From the human T2T-CHM13v2.0 reference genome, Homo sapiens, in the NCBI RefSeq assembly GCF_009914755.1, contig NC_060926.1: a stretch of DNA of 64,000 bases. One strand, written 5' to 3'. Below the pieces are notes generated by a model. The model had not been told where the DNA came from. It saw only the letters and a list, made by a program, of their open reading frames with translations, and did not search any database. Both the position numbers and the translations under genes were made by a program. Below, in pieces: positions 59,015-64,000 of the stretch. Within the stretch, counting starts at the first letter, position 1. The number at the start of each line of letters is the position of its first letter.

Positions 59015-60139
59015 CTGATAACCCTAATCTTTTAAATAATTTTATTTTAAAAACACAGGTTAAATGTTTACTAAAATAATAAAGATATATATTTGCAGAA
59101 GTTACATAAGGCTTTAACAAAGTACACAGGAATTTTTACAGCTTGTTGACTCACAAACAAAGATGACAAAAAGAGTGAAATTTATTTTTAGTAGTCCAGC
59201 TTCCAATATGTAAGATGTAACCTATTATACAGTGACATACTGGTTGTGCTTCATCAAACTGATTATATACCATTTTATGAGGATGTAATCCACTGGGATT
59301 TAAGTAGTCCAATGTAATCACTTATAATAAGATGGATCAGTACAGGTTGTGAAAATAAAATCTTCCAAGCAATAGATCAAGACAGATAAAGTTATGTATG
59401 TTGAAGATCTCTGGATCGAAAGATAGCGTATAATTACGGGACTTTTACGGTTTAGTAGCAACCAGTTTTCCCATAAAGAAGTCAGCACAATAAATATTTT
59501 CTTTAGGTTCTATCCATTGGAACAGTCAGTATATTTAATAAGAAAGCAATCAAAGGTTTTCCTTTTTAAGAACTCTTCTCACTTGCTAAATCACAAGTCA
59601 ATGATTTCTCCTTTTTCCTGACCCACTGTAAATCTCCCAGTTTTTCCGAAAACCAAATATCATAACCCTTGCACCACCAAAATTAAAAACTTGGAATGAG
59701 AAAGTAATGGGATAGGACTAAGATTGGATAGGAGAAAGGTTGTGTGCATGTAACTTCTCTTAAGTCTTAATGGCCTCTGTGACCAACAGGGACTGGGAAT
59801 GAAAGAGAACCAATGTGCTTACCTTCCCAGTTTCCTCGACTGCAAAGCAGGTAGTTCAAGAATAAAGAAAACAGAAAATAAGCATGTAGGACCAGAGAAA
59901 GAGAGCTACCCTGCCAATATCCTCACTCTTTCTCCTCCCCTTTTCCATTTTAGTCCTATGCTAACCACAAGGAAATTCTACCTTGGGAAAAAATATGGAT
60001 AAACCTTTTTCAAAGAGTTTACAATCAGTTAAATTTTGAGAAAAAGAAGGAAATGGAAACCAATGTAACCCATAGCCTCTCTCCTCCATCTCATATTTGC
60101 CTGAAGCCTGCATCCATTTCCCTCTGTATCCAAAGTGCA

Positions 60140-60346
60140 CACTCTCCTCCTCCTCCTCGTCTTCCTCCCCTTCTCTTCCCCCTCTTCCTTATTCCCCTCC
60201 TCCTTTTCCTCCTCTTCCCTCTTGCTTCCCTCTTTCCTCTCCTCCTTTCGCTCCCCTTCTCTTCTCTCTGCCTTTTGCTCCCCCTCTCCTTTACTCCCAT
60301 TGTCTTGTCTCTTCTCCTTTCTAGTATAGCCTTTACTCTCTTTTCT
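60140..60346. repeat. CT-rich low-complexity tract
   Basis: (CCT)n/CTT-rich polypyrimidine stretch. Confidence 0.85.
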
Positions 60347-60439
60347 TGTAAACACTGTACTCTGGCATAATCTATACCAAATTAAACAATGAAACAAGTT
60401 AAGGTAAAGGGACTTCATGCTTCCATATGCCAATAATTA

Positions 60440-60615
60440 TTAACATTTATTGACTGTTTAATATAGCTGAGCACTCAGCAAGGCAACTTGCATGCATATT
60501 TTAACTTTAATCCTCAAAAAAATCTACAATGGTGGATTCTACCTCTTTCCCCAGTTTTTATATTACAAATCTAATGATAAAGGTAACCAACTTGCCAAAG
60601 GTTACAATCCATTTA
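60440..60615 (-). mobile_element. MIR
   Basis: AACATTTATTGAC...TTTAATCCTCA...AACTTGCCAAAGGTTACA. Confidence 0.7.
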
Positions 60616-60877
60616 AATAAAAAATCAAATTTCAGTATTTTTACTTACCACGTGAAAATAACTAAGAGGAATTTCACCAAATTTGGAGAAAATGATTGGG
60701 ATAGTCAGACTGAAATATAGGCACAGATCATAGAAAAAAATCCACTTTGGGGGATCTATGGAGGCTATGGAGGCTGAAATCTTCCAGAGAAACTCTACCT
60801 GGGGTTTAAAAGGCCATAATTGCTGTTTATAAGGGACGGGCAAATAATGATTGAAAATATGACCCATGAATCTGAAG

Positions 60878-60893
60878 TCTCTCTCTCTCTCTG

Positions 60894-60925
<32 letters not shown>

Positions 60926-60980
60926 TATATATATACATACACATAAGGTAATACATATATCTGTGTGTGTACATATATAC
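60878..60980. repeat. Compound (TC)n(CA)n(TA)n microsatellite
   Basis: Adjacent dinucleotide runs. Confidence 0.9.
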
Positions 60981-61444
60981 GAATTTACAAGCATAGATAT
61001 GTGAGGAAGTTGCTCCTTATGGGACGACTCCATGAAGTATGATCCAGGAATAGGAAATTGTGTATTTAGTAATAATAACTCTCCAGAAGCTAGCTTAGGA
61101 TATATACTAAATACCCAAACAATTATTCTTTCAATGATATGGGCTGCAGAATTTTGACTAGAGGGTGTTCCACAAACTCAGAGATTACCCTCTGGGCATC
61201 CGTTTGTGTTTGCTACAGGTTTGACAGACCCTGAACAATGCCAAAATTGTTTGCTAGCAAGAACCTGTCATAATCAAGCATGCCAAGTTAATCATGAGAG
61301 AATAGAAAATGTTGTGGGTGATTAAGAACTTATTTTACAGTTGGGAAACAAATCCAAAAAATTACAGAGGTTATCAGATGTAGACAACAGCCTCCAGAGT
61401 CTATTCAATACCAACCACAGCAGAAATATGGTTGCCCAGTTATT

Positions 61445-61718
61445 ACATAGTGTGTTGGAAAGAATGCAGTCTTTGGAATTAGAGAGATGTCAGTTCAGAT
61501 CTCAGCTCTGCCAATGATCACTTAGCAAGAGATCATCACCACCACCTACCACCTCTCCACCACCTACCTCCCCTGCTGCCAGCCTCAGTTTCTCACTCAT
61601 TTTAATTTTTAAATAATAAAGGCACTTTGCATCCTTTTTGTAAGGATGTGATATAATGCATGCAAACTGTCTAGCTGAGATATACAGGCTATTGATGTTA
61701 CAACTGCTATTATTATTG
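61445..61718 (+). mobile_element. MIR with an internal CCA-rich insertion
   Basis: TCTTTGGAATTAGA...CTCAGCTCTGCCA...GCCTCAGTTTCTCA. Confidence 0.65.
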
Positions 61719-63199
61719 TCCTTTTAAAATTGAATAGCACTTGGCCATGTGTCAAATGAAATGTTTCTATATCAATACAGCATCATTAATTTATATTCAA
61801 ATTGCTGTTTCCTAAAACCCACCTCAACCCATTCCTAAAGTACCACTAATTCATCCCCATCCTGTATTTACTGTGCACATTTTTGGTGTGTGACTATACC
61901 ACTTTGCTGTAACAACCTTTTGAAGTGAAATTAGAAGCAACATCCAAAATCTACACATTCATTATTCTTTGTAGCCACATTATTATCTCTTTGTTCTTAT
62001 AGCTCCAATTCTATATTCCATCTAACAATTTCTTCACAGGTTGTATCCTTGAGGAAAAGTTCACAAGGCTGATTTATGAGTGGAAAAAGTAATTTAACAA
62101 CAGTTGCATTCTGTAAATGCTGATACATAGATAAGATAGATATGACTGGTGTCTGAACGCATTAAAAAGAAACAAAATTATGTTCACATTATGTGGTAAA
62201 ACATTGCTGTTTTTATTTTCCTGTAGTATAAATCAGCATATAGATTAATTCATTCATATAATTATATTTGCAGCTCTTTTACCTTTATTCATGGCTGTAA
62301 CATTTTTATGGGAAAGAGCACTTTGCACATCAGTGTAAAACATCTTTTGAGCACTATGGCAGAAGGTCAGAGACGGTATGTGGGCCTGTGGACATTGTGA
62401 ACCATCTGAGCTCTGCTAGGATAAAAAAGCAGATGCTTTGGCAATTTTACATTACAAACACCAGGAAGATTTTTAGACAATAGATCCTTGATTGCCAAGC
62501 TGCTGAAGATAGTTATTTCATCTCTGGAACATAACTGGTCTGCTGGCATTACACCCACGTTACTCGAAGAGATGAAAATAAAATTATAAAGTGCTATGTA
62601 AAGCCTGAAATGGCCACCTTTAAGTTTGATCTTCCCCTTAATGTTGCAGAGTTCATAAAATATGCATTAATTCCAGTTTTTAATAGCTTTTGTCAATCCA
62701 TCTTTCTTCTTCAAATAGTAGACAATGCCTAATAGATTTCCCACACTGCACTTTCAGACTCGATATATCTTGTAATTTTACCTTTTTTTGTTTGTTTTTT
62801 AAAGCAACATTTGTTAGATAAAGCACACAAAGCAATAAACAGCTTCTGCAGTATTGGAACTAGAAAAACTAGATCCATGTTGATAAGCCAGTTCATTCAC
62901 TATAAGCAGATAGACTTTCACCAACAAAATATTACTATTGTAATATTTTTATAAGATTTAAATTTATGAAAATTTTTGAAACTGCTTCTAGTTTACATTT
63001 GCCTTTGCATCGTTTCTTTAATTCAAATAAAAACATTTTAATTTTAAAAGTCTACATTTAAACATTTTTTAAAAAGAGGAATTTTGTTGAAGATGACTTC
63101 CCTATTACCACCACCTGTGAAGTTCCTGAATTTTTCTGCAGCAATTAAAGAATAACAAATGTAAAATAAATAAATTTGTTAGACCTGACTTAAACCCCC

Positions 63200-63456
63200 T
63201 AAAAATTGGAAACAACTTAAATATTCCCAAAATAGATGAGAGATTAAATAAACTATGGTATATCATAACAGACATAATTTCATAATTTAGTCATTAAAAT
63301 CATAGCCTTGTAGAATAATGAATGACAAATGTCTTCAGAATAACACTAAGTGAAAAAGAACGCTAAGTGGGCAAATGTCTTCGGAATAATGCTAAGTGAA
63401 AAATGTAGGCTACAAAGGAGTATAGCAGAATGATTTTAATTTTATTTAAAGTATAA
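63200..63456 (+). mobile_element. Old L1M 3' fragment
   Basis: AAAAATTGGAAACAACTTAAAT...AAATAAACTATGGTATATC...CTAAGTGAAAAA. Confidence 0.65.
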
Positions 63457-63461
63457 ATAAG

Positions 63462-63870
63462 TGTGTTAGTCTGTTCTTACACTACCATAAATAAATACCT
63501 GAGACTGGATAATTTATAAAGAAAAGTATTTTAATTGGCCCATGGTTCTGCAGGCTGTACAGGAAGCATGACAGCTTCTAAAGAGGCCTCAGGAAACTTT
63601 TAATCATGGCAGAAGGCAAAGAGGAAGCCAGCATTTCACTTCCTTACCCCAGAGCAAGAGGAAAGGGAGGAGGGGAGGTGCTACTCACTTTTAAACAACC
63701 AGATGGTGTAAGAACTCTATCATGAGAATAGCACCAAAGGGATGGCTCTAAACCACTCATGAGAACTTCACTCCCATGATCCCATTGCGTTCTACCAGGC
63801 CTTTCCTCCAACACTGGGAATTCCAATTCGACATGAGATTTGGGTGAGGACGCAGATCCAAACCGTATCA
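63462..63870 (-). mobile_element. MSTA/MSTB-like MaLR solo LTR
   Basis: TG...CA termini; perfect 5-bp TSD ATAAG. Confidence 0.9.
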
Positions 63871-63967
63871 ATAAGTTTATGTATGAAATATCTAGAAAAA
63901 AATACAACAAAATCAATCCAATTTTCTTCCTTCCGTGATAAAAGTCTAAGTGATTTATGTTTTCTAC

Positions 63968-64000
63968 TTTTTTTTTTTTTTTGTATTTTTAGTAGAGATG
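63968..64000 (-). mobile_element. Alu fragment cut by the window end
   Basis: Poly(T) followed by TGTATTTTTAGTAGAGATG. Confidence 0.75.

Noticed and set aside
60029-60433. Overlapping ORFs in several frames
   Set aside because: The CT-rich low-complexity tract lacks stop codons by composition.
62340-62580. Possible enhancer with E-boxes (CATCTG, CAGATG)
   Set aside because: Two hexamers are expected by chance and the sequence offers no other support.

Overview
This is AT-rich primate genomic DNA, most likely human or great ape because AluY and L1PA2-type elements are present. It looks intronic or intergenic and is dominated by transposable elements. I see no host protein-coding exon, RNA gene or CpG island. 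Long ORFs in the track are LINE-1 fragments, Alu/LTR read-throughs or low-complexity artefacts. Main structures: (1) a two-LTR MER34-family ERV1 provirus remnant at 10417-20925 with a 4-bp CCAT TSD and a tRNA-Arg PBS; its 3' LTR holds a full-length antisense L1PA6-like element, which in turn holds an L1PA2-like 3' end. (2) A ~10 kb ancient L1M scaffold at 24.3-34.3 kb broken by nested LTR and DNA elements. (3) A second full-length sense L1 (L1PA10-like, 40.6-47.3 kb). (4) Many solo LTRs, Alus, MIR/L2 fragments and microsatellites. The most notable observations are a short L1 with a 3' transduction (6821-7035), a retained 61-codon L1 ORF0 homologue (20199-20384), two L1-in-L1 insertions without TSDs, and a repeat-free CpG-retaining block with a clean 60-nt candidate exon (50.3-51.3 kb). 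I found no convincing previously undescribed biological system. Subfamily names come from recalled consensus sequences and need RepeatMasker/Dfam confirmation.
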